Shown here piece by piece: positions 1 through 14,608 of a stretch of DNA of 64,000 bases. Location of the stretch: assembly GCA_963820825.1 (NCBI GenBank), contig CAWGBN010000001.1, forward strand, positions 15,946-79,945, in the 5' to 3' direction. The position numbers and the translations under genes are program-made. The notes beneath the pieces were generated by a model, which did no database searches, was not told the DNA's origin, and saw nothing but the letters and a program-made list of their open reading frames with translations. This stretch comes from Vulcanimicrobiota bacterium (GTDB taxonomy: Bacteria; Vulcanimicrobiota; Vulcanimicrobiia; Vulcanimicrobiales; Vulcanimicrobiaceae). The number at the start of each line of letters is the position of its first letter. The stretch's first letter is position 1.

Positions 1-117
1 CGCTGCTGCCGGGCGCGAGCGATCGCGGTAGACTGCATACCACAGTGCAGCGGCCGCGAGGCCGGCAAGGAGGACGACGAGCGTTGCGACCAACGCGCCG
101 TACCGCAGCGTCCTCAC
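1..117 (-). CDS. 5' end of a membrane-anchored protein running off the window (possibly endolytic transglycosylase MltG, by synteny only)
   Basis: GTG overlaps the ruvX stop (GTGA); translates MRTLRYGALVATLVVLLAGLAAAALWYAVY (TM helix). Confidence 0.5.
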   Translation of the reverse strand, partial: MRTLRYGALVATLVVLLAGLAAAALWYAVYRDRSRPAAA

Positions 118-536
118 GCGCGCGGCTCGTTTCGCCGCCGCGCGAGAAACGATTCCAGGATTAACGCGGCCGCCATCCGGTCGACGATCGCCCGCCGCTT
201 CGCTCGCGAAACGTCGGCCGCGATGAGGCTCTTAGTAGCCTGCGCGGTTGTGAGCCGCTCGTCGACGCGATGAACCGTCCCCGCGAAGATCGCGCCTAAA
301 TCCTCGACGAATCCGTCCATCGCATGCGCGGCGATGCCGCGCTCGCCGCTCAGCGTGAGCGGATCGCCGACGACGAGCTCGTCGACCGCATACGAATCGA
401 GATACTCCTTGATTGCAGCGAGGTCGTCGCGGCGGTTCTTCCGGGTCAGGGTGGCGACCGGAAGTGCGAACGTGCCGCTCGGGTCGCTCACCGCGATGCC
501 GATGCGTTTACTGCCGACGTCGAGCGCCATGATCAC
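114..536 (-). CDS. ruvX: Holliday junction resolvase-like / pre-16S rRNA nuclease RuvX (YqgF)
   Basis: ALDVGSKRIGIAVSD, VDERLTT and DRMAAALIL motifs. Confidence 0.95.
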   Translation of the reverse strand: MIMALDVGSKRIGIAVSDPSGTFALPVATLTRKNRRDDLAAIKEYLDSYAVDELVVGDPLTLSGERGIAAHAMDGFVEDLGAIFAGTVHRVDERLTTAQATKSLIAADVSRAKRRAIVDRMAAALILESFLARRRNEPRA

Positions 537-539
537 CGG

Positions 540-1283
540 CTACGCCCCCAGCGCCGCGAGATGCGCGAGGGCCTTCGGCCGCTTGCCGAGATGGTGGGCG
601 ACCAGCTCCTCGGCGGCCGCGGCGGCCCGGGGCCTCGCCATCACCGCCGCCGCACCGTCGCCTTTTGCGCGGGCGAGTGCCCGCAGGTTCTCGACGTCCT
701 CACGGTCGAGCTCGGGGAGGTCTTGCCAGCGCTCCCGGCAGGCCTCGTCGACGAGTCCACCCGCCTGCGCATCGAGACGCACCGGGGCGAACCCCAGCGG
801 GGCGCCGCAGCGAACGCACTGCTCGAGCGGAGGGGCCAAGCCGAGCATCTCGAGCAGTCGTAGCGAGAAGCGCGGGAGCAGGTTTCGGGGTGCCGCCGAC
901 GCAGCGACGGCCGCGATCGCGCCGACGAGCAGTGCGTAGACGTCGGGCAGGGCGAGGTCGGGCTCGCAGAAGGCGTCGACCAGCTCCGCCAAGAGGGCCG
1001 CGACGGCGTAGCGCTGCGGCTCGACGAGCGCCGTCCAGTGGGCGCTCCGGATCTCTGCCGAGACGATGACGTCGAGCGAGCGCCCCCGATGCATGAGGAA
1101 GTCGCACTCGTTGAACGCCTCGACGCGCCCGGCGAGGTGGCTGCGGGGACGACGGACGCCCTTGGCGACCGCATCGAGCTTCCCGCTCTCGAGCGTAAAG
1201 AGCGTGATGATTCGGTCGGCTTCGCCGAGCTGCCGTCCGCGTAAGACCACGCCCCGCGTCTTATAGGCGCGCGGCTGCGTCAG
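540..1283 (-). CDS. recO: DNA repair protein RecO (proposed CTG start)
   Basis: [32 protein letters not shown] and CVRCG motif; GGAGGAG precedes CTG ACG CAG. Confidence 0.9.
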   Translation of the reverse strand: MTQPRAYKTRGVVLRGRQLGEADRIITLFTLESGKLDAVAKGVRRPRSHLAGRVEAFNECDFLMHRGRSLDVIVSAEIRSAHWTALVEPQRYAVAALLAELVDAFCEPDLALPDVYALLVGAIAAVAASAAPRNLLPRFSLRLLEMLGLAPPLEQCVRCGAPLGFAPVRLDAQAGGLVDEACRERWQDLPELDREDVENLRALARAKGDGAAAVMARPRAAAAAEELVAHHLGKRPKALAHLAALGA

Positions 1284-2607
1284 TCTCCTCCGATTCCTGT
1301 CTTTGTTCGAGGCTGCCGTTGGTGTAGACGCGCACCGCGAGAATCCGGCGTCCGCGCGTGCGGTCGACTCGCAGTCGCGTGTGGTCGGCAGCGTCGATCT
1401 CCTCGCCCTCGTTGGGAAGGCGGCCGAAGAGTCCGACGGTGTAGCCACCGATCGTCTCAAAGTCTTCGGTCGGAAGCTGCGTCCCGAGCTTTGCGTTGAC
1501 GTCCTCGATGTTCGTGCCGGCCTCGACCACCGCTTCGTTTTCGGAGATCACCGAGATCGACTCTTGCTCGTCGACATCGTGCTCGTCGCGAATCTCCCCG
1601 ACGATCTCTTCGAGCAGATCCTCCATGGTGACCAAGCCCGCGGTTCCGCCGTATTCGTCGACGACGATCGCGAGCGAGAACTTGTCGCGCTGCATCTCGC
1701 GGAGCAGATCGGCGATCTTCTTCGTCTCCGGGACGTGCACGACCAGGCGCATGAGCGCGCGAACGCTCGTGTGCGCGAGCGAACCGTTGGCGAGCGCAAT
1801 GAGGAGCTCGCGATCGTGAACGACGCCGACGATGTCGTCTTTCGACTCCTGGTAGACCGGGAGCTTCGAGTAGCCTTCCGCGATCACGACGTCCAACGCA
1901 CGCCGCGGCGAATCCTCGACGGAGACCGCAACCATCTCCGGACGCGGCTTCATCACCTCACGGACGATGGTATCGCCGAACTCCATCACCGAATGGATCA
2001 GCTCGCGCTCTTGCTCTTCGATGACCCGCTGCTCGGCGCCGACGTTGACGAGCGTGCGAATATCCTCCTCGGTGACGAACGGACGATGGGCGTGCTTGAT
2101 GCCGAAGAGACGCAGAATGAGATCGGTCATCACCTCGAACGTGCGCGCGATCGGCGTCAGCACGTAGGCGACGTACCGCATCGGCAGCGCGAGCCTCAGC
2201 GCCCAGCGCTCGCTGTCGCCGGTCGCAATCGTCTTTGGAATGATCTCGCCGAACAGCAAGAAGATGATCGCCATGACGATCGTCGAGAGCACCGCGCCCG
2301 ACGGGATGCCCATCGTGAGGGCGATGTAGGTGGCCAGCGAGTCGGCCGCGAGCAGCACGATCGTGTTCCCGACCAGAATTGCGGTCAGGAAGCGGGTCTT
2401 GTCGTCGACGATCTGCTCGAGGTTCCGGCCGCCGCGTACCCGCCGTTCGGCGATCGACCGTGCACGCAGGCGCGAGATCGAGACCAGAGCCGACTCCGAG
2501 GCGGCAAAGAAGCCCGCCAGCAGGACGAGCACGACGAGCACAACGAGCTTGAAGGCGAGACCTTCGGGAGTACTTGGCGCAGGGTCGGTGTTCAAGTTCG
2601 GCGCCAT
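1261..2607 (-). CDS. HlyC/CorC (CNNM-CBS-CorC) family membrane protein
   Basis: [58 protein letters not shown] at 2607. Confidence 0.92.
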   Translation of the reverse strand: MAPNLNTDPAPSTPEGLAFKLVVLVVLVLLAGFFAASESALVSISRLRARSIAERRVRGGRNLEQIVDDKTRFLTAILVGNTIVLLAADSLATYIALTMGIPSGAVLSTIVMAIIFLLFGEIIPKTIATGDSERWALRLALPMRYVAYVLTPIARTFEVMTDLILRLFGIKHAHRPFVTEEDIRTLVNVGAEQRVIEEQERELIHSVMEFGDTIVREVMKPRPEMVAVSVEDSPRRALDVVIAEGYSKLPVYQESKDDIVGVVHDRELLIALANGSLAHTSVRALMRLVVHVPETKKIADLLREMQRDKFSLAIVVDEYGGTAGLVTMEDLLEEIVGEIRDEHDVDEQESISVISENEAVVEAGTNIEDVNAKLGTQLPTEDFETIGGYTVGLFGRLPNEGEEIDAADHTRLRVDRTRGRRILAVRVYTNGSLEQRQESEETDAAARL

Positions 2608-3396
2608 TATAGCATAACGTGCGGCCGCACCAGCAGGTAGATCGCCAGGGCGGCGAGCGTGCCGAGCATGGCTCCCCAGAAGACCTCGTACGGCCGATGG
2701 ATGCGCGCCTCGACCCGGCTCTGTGCGACCAAGAATGCGCCGAAGTAGGCCAGAATCGCGGCGAGCGGCTTCTGGTAAAAGAGCGCCAGCATCGTCGCGA
2801 CGGCGAACGCGAGGGCCGAGTGACCCGAGACGGCGCCCCCTTGCAACGCCGAACCGCGGCCGACCCAGGCCTTGGCGAAGACCGCCGCGATCGCGACGAC
2901 CACCAGCGAGATCAGCGCGACGTTCGCCGGCACCGACTGCACGGCAGCAAAGACGCTGGCACCGCCGCTCAAGATCCCTTGATAGAAGATTAGATAGGCA
3001 CAGAAGGGCGGCGCCGATCGCCGCAATCAGTACCGCGCCCGCGGCGGCGTCCTTCGCGCTCTTTGCCAGCGGATGGTGGGCGACGGTGAGCAGGTCGACG
3101 ATCGCCTCGATCGCCGTATTCATCAGTTCGAGGCTGAGGACGAGTGCGATCAGCGTGATCGTCGCGACGACGTAGTAGCGGTCGAGCCGTAAGACGAGCG
3201 TGGCCAACAGCACCAGCGCGGCGATGAGAAAATGCACGCGCATGTTCGGCTCGGTGCGCGTGGCGTAGATAATGCCCTCGAACGCGTGGTGAAAGGAGCG
3301 CAGGAACCGGTGGCGCTCAATCGGGAGATAGTGCGGCGGGTTTGCGCGCGGCGCAGCCGCGGGACGCTTGCCGCGCTCGTCGGCGGGATGATGCAT
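2607..3396 (-). pseudogene. dgkA: Diacylglycerol/undecaprenol kinase with C-terminal PAP2-like domain; frameshift near 3000-3010 (probable sequencing error)
   Basis: N-half SFHHAFEGI..ELMNTAIEAIVD..AKDAAAGAV in one frame; C-half SGHSALAF..SRVEARIH in another. Confidence 0.85.
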
Positions 3397-3842
3397 CAGC
3401 GGCTCGCCCGGTACGGCCAGGGAAGATCGATCGCGGCGGCAAGACGCCGCTCTTCTCGCCGCATCACACTTGCCTGCGAGGCCTGGATATGATCGTGGCC
3501 GGTGAGATGGAGCAGTCCGTGGATCAACAACCGGTAGAGCTCGCGTTGCAGCGTTGCGTCGTACTCCGCGGCTTGGCGGCGCGCCGTATCGATCGAGATC
3601 ACAACGTCGCCGAGCATTCGCTCCGGCGCGATGGTATCTTCCAGCGGGAAACTCAAGACGTCGGTCGCGGCATCCCGACCGCGGTACTGATGGTTGAGCG
3701 AACGAATCGCATCGTCGCCTACCAGTGAGAGCGATAATGCGGCTCCATCCTCGCCGATCGCCGCGAGCAGCCGGTGCGCGGTCGCAACGAGGGCGCGGCC
3801 GTCGACGCCGCTGCGCCGTACGTCGTTGCGGTAATAGATCAC
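3396..3842 (-). CDS. ybeY: rRNA maturation RNase YbeY
   Basis: TDVLSFP, LGDVVIS, HGLLHLTGHDH. Confidence 0.95.
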   Translation of the reverse strand: MIYYRNDVRRSGVDGRALVATAHRLLAAIGEDGAALSLSLVGDDAIRSLNHQYRGRDAATDVLSFPLEDTIAPERMLGDVVISIDTARRQAAEYDATLQRELYRLLIHGLLHLTGHDHIQASQASVMRREERRLAAAIDLPWPYRASR

Positions 3843-4795
3843 GGCGTGGCGGCGGGGGGCATCACGCGCGAATAGGCGCGAACGATCCTGGCGACGAGCG
3901 GGTGGCGCACGACGTCGCTCTCGTCGAGCTCGACGATGCCGATATCTTCGATGCCGGCGAGCCGCGTGGCGGCGGCACGTAAACCGCTGCGCTGGCCCGC
4001 CGGAAGATCGATCTGCGTCACGTCGCCCGTCACGACCATCTTCGAGCCGCTCCCCAGCCGGGTCAGAAACATCTTGAGCTGATCGTCGGTTGCATTCTGC
4101 GCTTCGTCGAGAATGACGAAGCAGTCCGAGAGCGTTCGTCCGCGCATGAAGGCCAGCGGTGCGACTTCGAGCGTGCCGCGTTCCATATACTTATTGACGA
4201 GCGCCTCGTCGAGCATCTCACCGAGCACGTCGAAGAGCGGGCGCATGTACGGATCGAACTTTTCCCGCAAATCGCCCGGGAGGAACCCGAGCCGTTCGCC
4301 GGCCTCAACCGCCGGACGTGAGAGAACGACCCGCGCGACCTCGCGCCGCTTGAGCGCCCGCACAGCCATCACCACCGCGAGATAGGTCTTCCCGGTGCCG
4401 GCCGGGCCTATCCCGAAGGTGAGCGTCGCCTCCTCGATCGAGCGAACGAAGCGCCGTTGACCGGCGGTTCGTGGGCGAACTTCACGTCCGCGGTGGCTGC
4501 GCAGCAGCGTTTCGGGCAGGCCGGCGTTCTGTGAGGTACCGGCATCCGAGAGCGCCAGCGCGACGTCGTCGGGCGTGATGTGCGCGCCGCCGACGGCGGC
4601 ATCGAGAATTCGGCGAACGACTTCCTCGGCGCGCGCGACGGCCGCGTCGTCACCCGCTACGAGCAAGCGGTCGCCTTCGGTTCGCACGGCCACGTCGAGC
4701 GACGACTCGATCGCCGACAAGTTGCGATCGTACTCGCCGAAGAGGCGGAGGCGGTCGGAGAGCTCGCCGAGGTCGATCGATCGTTGCGCGGTCAA
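3839..4795 (-). CDS. phoH: PhoH family ATPase
   Basis: GPAGTGKTYLA, RPAVEAGERLGFLPGD, ILDEAQN, VVRHPLV. Confidence 0.95.
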   Translation of the reverse strand: MTAQRSIDLGELSDRLRLFGEYDRNLSAIESSLDVAVRTEGDRLLVAGDDAAVARAEEVVRRILDAAVGGAHITPDDVALALSDAGTSQNAGLPETLLRSHRGREVRPRTAGQRRFVRSIEEATLTFGIGPAGTGKTYLAVVMAVRALKRREVARVVLSRPAVEAGERLGFLPGDLREKFDPYMRPLFDVLGEMLDEALVNKYMERGTLEVAPLAFMRGRTLSDCFVILDEAQNATDDQLKMFLTRLGSGSKMVVTGDVTQIDLPAGQRSGLRAAATRLAGIEDIGIVELDESDVVRHPLVARIVRAYSRVMPPAATP

Positions 4796-5172
4796 TGCGG
4801 AGAGTATTCGTCGCTCAGGCCGCGGGGCTTTCCGAGGACCTCCGCGGCGATCACCGCGCGCACCAGCTCCCCTCGCGTCTCGAAGAGGCGAACTCGCCGC
4901 CGAACCTGACCGACCGGCGGCGGCGGGTGCTCGGAGACCGGTTGCGGCGGCGGCTTACGCCGCGCGGCGGGCGCGCTCGGCGCCGGCGGCGGAGCAGGCG
5001 GCGCGGCGGCCGGCTGGGCCTGCAGACGTATCGTAGCCGCGGGCCGCGGGCGCTCGCGGCGCTGCTGCGACTGAGGCTGCGCCTGCATCTGCTTGCGAAC
5101 GGTTGAAATCATGCTGCCGATGACGCCGACGAGCAGCAACACCACCCAGATGACGACGCCGACTTCGCGCAT
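4792..5172 (-). CDS. Small membrane-anchored Pro-rich protein of the nfeD-floA operon (YqfB-like)
   Basis: N-terminal TM helix, C-terminal AVIAAEVLGKPRG, position after floA. Confidence 0.75.
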   Translation of the reverse strand: MREVGVVIWVVLLLVGVIGSMISTVRKQMQAQPQSQQRRERPRPAATIRLQAQPAAAPPAPPPAPSAPAARRKPPPQPVSEHPPPPVGQVRRRVRLFETRGELVRAVIAAEVLGKPRGLSDEYSPH

Positions 5173-5181
5173 ACCGTCGAG

Positions 5182-6192
5182 TTACTTCGGAGCGGGACCC
5201 GTCAGCGGTGGTTGCTGCAAATCGCTCGACGCCTCGGTCGACGCGCCGATCGACGAGCGCATCTCGGTATCGGCCTGCACGTTCCTGAGCCGATAGTAAT
5301 CCATCACGCCGAGATTCCCACGCAGAAAAGCCTGGGCGATTGCCTGCGGTATCGACGCTTCGGCCTCGACGACTTTTGCGCGCATCGCTTGCGTCTCGGC
5401 TTTCTGCTCCTGCTCGGCGGCCAGCGCGGCGTACTGCCGTTCCGCGGCCTTTGCCTGCGCGATTCGGCGGTCGGCTTCCGCCTGGCTCGTCTGCAGCTCC
5501 GCACCGATGTTCTTTCCGACGTCGACGTCGGCAATATCGATCGAGACGATCTCGAAGGCCGTGCCGGCATCGAGGCCTTTCGCCAGCACGGTCTTACTGA
5601 TCCGGTCGGGATATTCGAGCACTTCCTTATGATCGATCGCGGCGCCGACGGCCGAAACGACACCCTCGCCGACGCGGGCGACGATCGTCGGTTCTCCGGC
5701 TCCGCCGACATACCGGTCAAGGTTGCTGCGAACCGTTATCCGCGCCTTAACGTTGAGTTGAATGCCGTTTTGAGCGACGCCTTGGAAGATCGGCGTCTCG
5801 ATCACCTTCGGAGTGACCGAGGTCTGCAGCGCTTCGAGGACGTTGCGCCCGGCGAGATCGATCGCTGCGGCGCGCTGCCACTCCAACGGAATCTGGGCTC
5901 GCTGCGCGGCGATCATCGCCAGCGTCACGTTCTCGACGTTTCCGCCGGCGAGATAATGCGATTGCATCTGATCGACGCTGAGGTTCAGTCCCGCTTTGCG
6001 CGCGCGCACGTAGTTCGTCACGATCACGCCCGGAGGAATCCCGATCAAACGCATCCGCACGAGGGCGATGATCCCCAGCGGCACGCCCGCCGCAATCGTG
6101 CGGATCCACAAACCGATCGGAAAGTAATAGAGAAAGGCAAAGAATGCAATGATGACGATCAGAATGACGATCGCACCGCTGACGGCAATCAT
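5182..6192 (-). CDS. floA: Flotillin-like protein FloA (YqfA)
   Basis: [49 protein letters not shown]. Confidence 0.95.
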   Translation of the reverse strand: MIAVSGAIVILIVIIAFFAFLYYFPIGLWIRTIAAGVPLGIIALVRMRLIGIPPGVIVTNYVRARKAGLNLSVDQMQSHYLAGGNVENVTLAMIAAQRAQIPLEWQRAAAIDLAGRNVLEALQTSVTPKVIETPIFQGVAQNGIQLNVKARITVRSNLDRYVGGAGEPTIVARVGEGVVSAVGAAIDHKEVLEYPDRISKTVLAKGLDAGTAFEIVSIDIADVDVGKNIGAELQTSQAEADRRIAQAKAAERQYAALAAEQEQKAETQAMRAKVVEAEASIPQAIAQAFLRGNLGVMDYYRLRNVQADTEMRSSIGASTEASSDLQQPPLTGPAPK

Positions 6193-6200
6193 ATCGGCTC

Positions 6201-7499
6201 CTATCCCGAGAACGGCTCGACGAAAACGCGTGCGCCTTCGACGCGCACGACGCGGATGGGGGTTCCCTGCGCGATGAACTCACCCTCGGTGAGGACGTCG
6301 ACGCGGCGCCCGTCGACCGAAGCGATTCCGGCGGGGCGCAGGTAGCTGACCGCGGTGCCGGAGCGTCCGCGCAGGTCGCGGTAATCGGCGCTGGCGACGT
6401 ATTCGGGACCTTGTGCCGAGGCCAGCGCAAGCCGGTGGGCCCACGCGTTCTCCGGCACCGCGCGCACGGTCAGCGTGAACGCGATCACGGTCAGCACGAT
6501 TGCGGTTGCGATCGTTTCGAGCCCGACGAAGAAAAACGGTAGGCCGAAAGCAAAGAGCACGGCGACCAGCAAGGCACCGGCACCGAGGATTCCCGGTAGT
6601 CCGTGACCCGGCACGACGTGCAGCTCCCAGAGGATTCCGAGCAGCCCGACCACCGCGAGCACGGCAACGAAACCGTTCGAGAAGCCCGCGTAGATGTGAC
6701 TTCCGAAGAAGAGCACGAGTGCGCCGACGCCGAGCAGGCCCGCTATCCCGTGCATCGTCTGCATCTCGATGAGCAGTCCGAGCATGCCGATCGTGAGCAG
6801 CAGGCCGCTCACTACAGGATCCGTCGCGAATCGCGCGAGGCTCTCCGCCCACGAAAAGGCCTCGGTCGTGCGCGGTGCCTCCGAAAGATGGAGCGCAACG
6901 AGCGCCGCTTCGAGCGAGGGTGCGGTGCCGCCGGCAATGCCGGAACGCAGCGCATCGTCGGTGCTCAACGTGAGAATCGTGCCGGAGCGCTTATACTGCG
7001 GAAAGTCGACGCCTTTGTCGACCATTGCCGCGGCGAGTTTCGGATCGCGGTGACTGCGCTCGGCGGTCGATTCGAACTCGGCTCGCAGTGCGGAGATCGT
7101 CTTGACGGTCGCCGGAATCGGCTCGGCGGCGCCGATCGATGCACCCGGCGCCATGATGATCCGATTTGCAGTGAGCGTGATCAGCGCCGCGGCCGAGTAG
7201 GCGCGTTCGCTGACATACGCATCGACCGGCTCTTGCGCAGCGAAGAGTGCGTCGCGAATCCGAAATGCCGCCCCGACGAGCCCGCCCGGGCTATTGACGT
7301 CGAGCACGATCGCTGCGGCATGTTCGCGATTCGCTTCTTCGACCGAACGCTCGACGAGATGAGCCATTCCGTCGTCGACCGTGCCGGAGATCGGCACCAC
7401 GACGATCGGACGCTGGAACGGCTGTCCGGCGGCCGTTCCGCTCAGACCGGACAGCAAAAGGCCGCACCAGAGCCAAACCTGCGGCCGGAATTTCCTCAT
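6201..7499 (-). CDS. nfeD: NfeD family membrane-bound serine protease
   Basis: [15 protein letters not shown] bundle, C-terminal [17 protein letters not shown]-fold. Confidence 0.92.
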   Translation of the reverse strand: MRKFRPQVWLWCGLLLSGLSGTAAGQPFQRPIVVVPISGTVDDGMAHLVERSVEEANREHAAAIVLDVNSPGGLVGAAFRIRDALFAAQEPVDAYVSERAYSAAALITLTANRIIMAPGASIGAAEPIPATVKTISALRAEFESTAERSHRDPKLAAAMVDKGVDFPQYKRSGTILTLSTDDALRSGIAGGTAPSLEAALVALHLSEAPRTTEAFSWAESLARFATDPVVSGLLLTIGMLGLLIEMQTMHGIAGLLGVGALVLFFGSHIYAGFSNGFVAVLAVVGLLGILWELHVVPGHGLPGILGAGALLVAVLFAFGLPFFFVGLETIATAIVLTVIAFTLTVRAVPENAWAHRLALASAQGPEYVASADYRDLRGRSGTAVSYLRPAGIASVDGRRVDVLTEGEFIAQGTPIRVVRVEGARVFVEPFSG

Positions 7500-7530
7500 G
7501 CCGCTAGCTACCTTTGCCCGTAGCGGAAGG

Positions 7531-7977
7531 TTACGCCTGGAGCTCCTCGGTGACGATCTGCCGCACGAGGTTCCCATCGGCGACCCCGCGCAGCTGAGGC
7601 ATAACCACCTTCATGACGCCCCCGGCGTTGCGCGCCTCGGGCGGGAGCTCCGCCAAGACGCTCTGCACGATCTCCCGTATCTCGGCAGGCGAACGCTGTG
7701 CCGGCAGGTAGGCGAGCAGAATCTCTCGTTCCGCACGTTCTTTCTCGGCCAGATCTGCTCGGCCGGCTTTTTCAAACTCTGCGTGCGAGTCGGCGCGCTG
7801 CTTGACCAGACGCCGGACGACCTCGAGTTCGTCGGCCTCGGAGAGTTCCTGGCCGCTCTCGGTGCGCTTGTAGATGAATCCGGAGAGCGCCGAGCGCAAC
7901 GTATCAAGGCGCAACTGGTCGCGCGCCCGCATCGCCTCTTTGAGATCCGAGGCGATTCGGTCCTTTAGAGTTCCCAT
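7531..7977 (-). CDS. yqeY: GatB/YqeY domain protein
   Basis: LKDRIASDLKEAMRARD, KQRADS..F.KAGRADL, YLPAQ. Confidence 0.92.
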   Translation of the reverse strand: MGTLKDRIASDLKEAMRARDQLRLDTLRSALSGFIYKRTESGQELSEADELEVVRRLVKQRADSHAEFEKAGRADLAEKERAEREILLAYLPAQRSPAEIREIVQSVLAELPPEARNAGGVMKVVMPQLRGVADGNLVRQIVTEELQA

Positions 7978-7986
7978 GGCGAACGC

Positions 7987-8157
7987 TTAGGCGCGGCGCT
8001 TACGAGCCGCAGCGGACTTCTTCTTGCGGCGAACGCTCGGCTTTTCATAGTGCTCGTGCTTGCGCGCCTCGGCGAGAATGCCGGCTTTTTGGGTGGCCTT
8101 CTTGAAGCGGCGCAACGCGCTCTCGATCGTTTCGCCCGGAGCGATGCGAACTTCCAT
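7987..8157 (-). CDS. rpsU: 30S ribosomal protein S21 (not in the supplied ORF track)
   Basis: Manual translation [56 protein letters not shown] (56 aa). Confidence 0.97.
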   Translation of the reverse strand: MEVRIAPGETIESALRRFKKATQKAGILAEARKHEHYEKPSVRRKKKSAAARKRRA

Positions 8158-8235
8158 TTATTGACGACCCCCCTTTCGGCGCGCTCGTGCATTGCTTGCA
8201 GAGCACGAAAAATTAGGCCCCGTTGGGCCTAACGT

Positions 8236-8264
8236 AGCCTAACATAGCCAATCGGGGGCGTCAA
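8236..8264 (-). promoter_or_regulatory. Putative sigma70 promoter of the rpsU operon
   Basis: TTGACG-17 bp-TAGGCT on the minus strand. Confidence 0.65.
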
Positions 8265-8287
8265 ATACCGGAATCCGCCACCGATAT

Positions 8288-8629
8288 TTAGCCCGGAGGC
8301 CAGGTCATGCGCCGGCCTGCGAGGACGTGCACGTGCACGTGGCCGACGGTCTGGCCCCCATCGGCTCCGGTATTTACGACGAGCCGAAAGCCGCCCGCCC
8401 CGCCGATGCGCTCGCCCAACCGCGACGCCAGCCCCATCAATTCAGCAACGAGTTCGGCGTTGGCTGCCGCGGCGTCGGCCAGCGTCGCATGATGCTCGAC
8501 CGGCATCACCAACAGATGCGTCGGCGCTTGGGGGTTAAGGTCTTCGATCGCAACGACGCGGTCGCTGCGATCGACGATCTTCGCCGGCAGCCCGCCCGCG
8601 GCAATCTTGCAGAAAATACACTCGTTCAT
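8288..8629 (-). CDS. HIT family nucleotide-binding protein (HinT-like)
   Basis: CIFCKI, DLNPQAPTHLLVMP, GQTVGHVHVHVLAGR..WPPG. Confidence 0.95.
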   Translation of the reverse strand: MNECIFCKIAAGGLPAKIVDRSDRVVAIEDLNPQAPTHLLVMPVEHHATLADAAAANAELVAELMGLASRLGERIGGAGGFRLVVNTGADGGQTVGHVHVHVLAGRRMTWPPG

Positions 8630-10164
8630 CAGTGCGTCCGAATCGTGAAGCTCCACGACTTGGTCGTCGTGTTCCCCGCCAGATCGGCAACGCGAACCGT
8701 CACGCTGACGTGGCCGTCGGGATACTCGTACGACGGCAGGTATTGAATGAACTGCGCCGTGCGAACGCACTCCGAGGTAACGTCGCGTCCATTGATCCAG
8801 AGCAGCGCGCTCGAAGGATTCACCGGAACCGCATCCGCAGCAAAGCTCGCGTAGACGGCCGGACGATTCGTATTGATCGAGACGCCTGCGTTCGGGGCGA
8901 AGTCCGAGATGCCCGGGCCGAAGCTCGAAGCCGATACGGTCTCCGCTGCCGGGGCCTGTGCGGTCGCGTTGCCGATCGTGAGCCGCCCGATGAGTGCGAC
9001 GTCTTCGAAGTTCGCGCCGCGCGGAATCGTGTAGCTGCCCGCATAAAGGCCCGCGGTTCGTTGCTGCATCGCCTGATTGACGACGTCCGAGCCGATGTCG
9101 AACGTGGCCGCGCCGCCCGCCGTCCCTCGGAGCGTCACGTGAATCGTATCGCCTGCGCGTAAGGGATGGTTCGCGTCGGTCTCGACCGCGCTGATTTGAA
9201 CGGCCCCAACCGCGCCCGCTAGAGTGGCGGCGACTGCACGGCTGGCAAGGATCTCGCGAACCTCGTTGGTCTCCACGTTGTAACGCACGGTGACCTCGTC
9301 GTTCGGGCGAAGCGCGTCAAACGATGCGCCATTTCCGTTGAGCGAAATCTCGGTCGTCCGTCCAGCCGCGATCACCTGGCCATCTCCAAGCACGAACTGG
9401 CTTCCGGCGATCGCAACGATGTGGCCGTTGCGCGATCCGTACTCGTCGGCGATTCGCTCGACGCGTCCGTCCTTGCGCATCTGGACCCGCGCGAAATCTC
9501 CGGGACGAACGTCGCCGAGCTCGCCGGGCGTGGTGACGTTCACGTTGACGTCCTGCATCTCGATCGTCGCGTTCGACGCGACCGGTATCGTCCGCACGCC
9601 GCCGCCTCGCTGTAGAGTAATCGTCGGCGGATCGGAGAGCACGTCGACGGCGGCTACCGTTCCGAACCGTTCGTAACCGTTGCCGGTCGAGACGAAACCG
9701 TTCGACGAGCGGCCGACCAGCTGAGCCACGATCGCGACCGTGTTGGTACGCCGGTCAAAATTGGCCTGCGCGCCGAGAACGTCGGTGAAGAACCGCAGCG
9801 GCACGTAGAGCACGTCGTGGATATCGATCGGCGCGGCCTGAAGCGGCACTTGCGCGCCGTCGATCTGAGCGACGGGGCTGCCGATCGTCAGGATGACGCT
9901 CTTCGAACCGATCTGCGTCATGAGGTGATTTCCGGAGCGCTGGAACGAGAGCCCCAGCGCTTCGATCGTTCGCCGTACCGGCACGTAGAGCAGGTTGTGC
10001 TCGAAACGCGCCGGCGGGTCGAGTGCGAGCGCATCGCCGTTGATGACGATCGCGATCGCCTTCGGCGCGGCCGGCTTCGGCGCAGCCGGCTTCGGCGCAG
10101 CCGCAACCGCGTGCGATTCTGCAATCGCAATCAATATGGCCAGGACGGCGACGTGCCGTTTCAA
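8629..10164 (-). CDS. Secreted protein with copper amine oxidase N-terminal (stalk) domain and C-terminal Ig-like region
   Basis: GGAGG plus TTG start, signal peptide, PKPAA repeats, LYVPVR..EALG and LYVPLRFFTDVLGA motifs. Confidence 0.85.
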   Translation of the reverse strand: MKRHVAVLAILIAIAESHAVAAAPKPAAPKPAAPKAIAIVINGDALALDPPARFEHNLLYVPVRRTIEALGLSFQRSGNHLMTQIGSKSVILTIGSPVAQIDGAQVPLQAAPIDIHDVLYVPLRFFTDVLGAQANFDRRTNTVAIVAQLVGRSSNGFVSTGNGYERFGTVAAVDVLSDPPTITLQRGGGVRTIPVASNATIEMQDVNVNVTTPGELGDVRPGDFARVQMRKDGRVERIADEYGSRNGHIVAIAGSQFVLGDGQVIAAGRTTEISLNGNGASFDALRPNDEVTVRYNVETNEVREILASRAVAATLAGAVGAVQISAVETDANHPLRAGDTIHVTLRGTAGGAATFDIGSDVVNQAMQQRTAGLYAGSYTIPRGANFEDVALIGRLTIGNATAQAPAAETVSASSFGPGISDFAPNAGVSINTNRPAVYASFAADAVPVNPSSALLWINGRDVTSECVRTAQFIQYLPSYEYPDGHVSVTVRVADLAGNTTTKSWSFTIRTH

Positions 10165-11173
10165 CGTTCCTCCAATACCTCTCGATAGACGTCGGCGGTC
10201 GCGCGAGCGCAGCGATCCCACGTCAACTCCTTCGCCGCGGCGCGTCCGCGTTCGATCGACCCCGCTCGCACCGCCGCGTCGGTGAAGAGCTCTTCGAGCC
10301 GTCTGCGCAGCTGCGCCGAATCCCGTACCCCAAACGTCAGCGCCGCGGCGCAAAGCGGGCGCGGGACGGCATCTTCGCATGCGACCACCGGACAGCCTAC
10401 CGACATCGCCTCCAGCATCGGCAATCCGAAGCCTTCGCGCAAGGCCGGCTGCACGAGCGCGCTCGCTCCGCCGTAGTAGGCGGCGAGCCGCTCGATCGTG
10501 ACGTCGCCAAGCGCCAGGATCGAACGCCCGGGACCGGAGCGACGCTGGAGCTCGCCGCCAAAATCGTCCGGCCCGGTGACGTAGAGGTCGACGGCCCATC
10601 GCTCCGGCAGTGCCGACCAGGCATCGAAGAGCGTCGCCAGGTCTTTATGTTGGCGGTGATTGCCGACGTACAACAGGTACGGGCGCGCTCCGTTAAACGG
10701 TGCCGGCGGATTGCGAAAGACCTCGTCGACGCCCAGCGGAACTACCCTCACCTTCGCCGGGTCGACGCCGAGAAGAGTGGCGAGGTCGTTCACGGTGCGC
10801 TCGTCGTCGGTAATGACGCGGCGCGCGCGCGCGCACGCGCGGCGCACGACGGTCGCGTAATACGGCCCGACCTTCGCTTTGAAGTACTGCGGAAAACGCA
10901 GGTGAATCAAGTCGTGGATGGTGACGATGAATCGGGGCGGCAACACGACCGGGACGTACTGCGAAAGAAAGTGCACGAGATCGAGCCTTGCCCGGCGCAG
11001 TGCGATCGGAAGTTCGATCTGCTCGGCCCAGCCGAAGTTCCCGCCCCGCGCGAAGGAGACGTAGGCATACTCCGGCGCGACGACCGGCAAGCGCGCCACC
11101 AGCTCCCGCGCGTAGGTCTGCATTCCCGCCGAGAGCTGCCGCGTCAATCGCGCATCGAGCCCGATTCGCACCT

Positions 11174-11177
<4 letters not shown>
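10161..11177 (-). CDS. Glycosyltransferase, GT4 family
   Basis: IGLDAR, VTIHDLI, YVGNHRQHKD, EGFGLPMLEAMSVGCPVV. Confidence 0.92.

Positions 11178-14604
<3,427 letters not shown>

Positions 14605-14608
<4 letters not shown>

Noticed and set aside
1261..3396. 711-aa DgkA-CorC fusion ORF in the supplied track
   Set aside because: The middle is nonsense-like sequence. The true DgkA C-half is in another frame and the CorC-family gene has its own ATG at 2607, so the fusion is a frameshift artefact.
7965..8192. 75-aa ORF over the rpsU locus
   Set aside because: Wrong frame; the real S21 gene is 7987-8157.
10058..10102. 15-bp tandem repeat (PKPAA)
   Set aside because: Ordinary low-complexity linker after a signal peptide.
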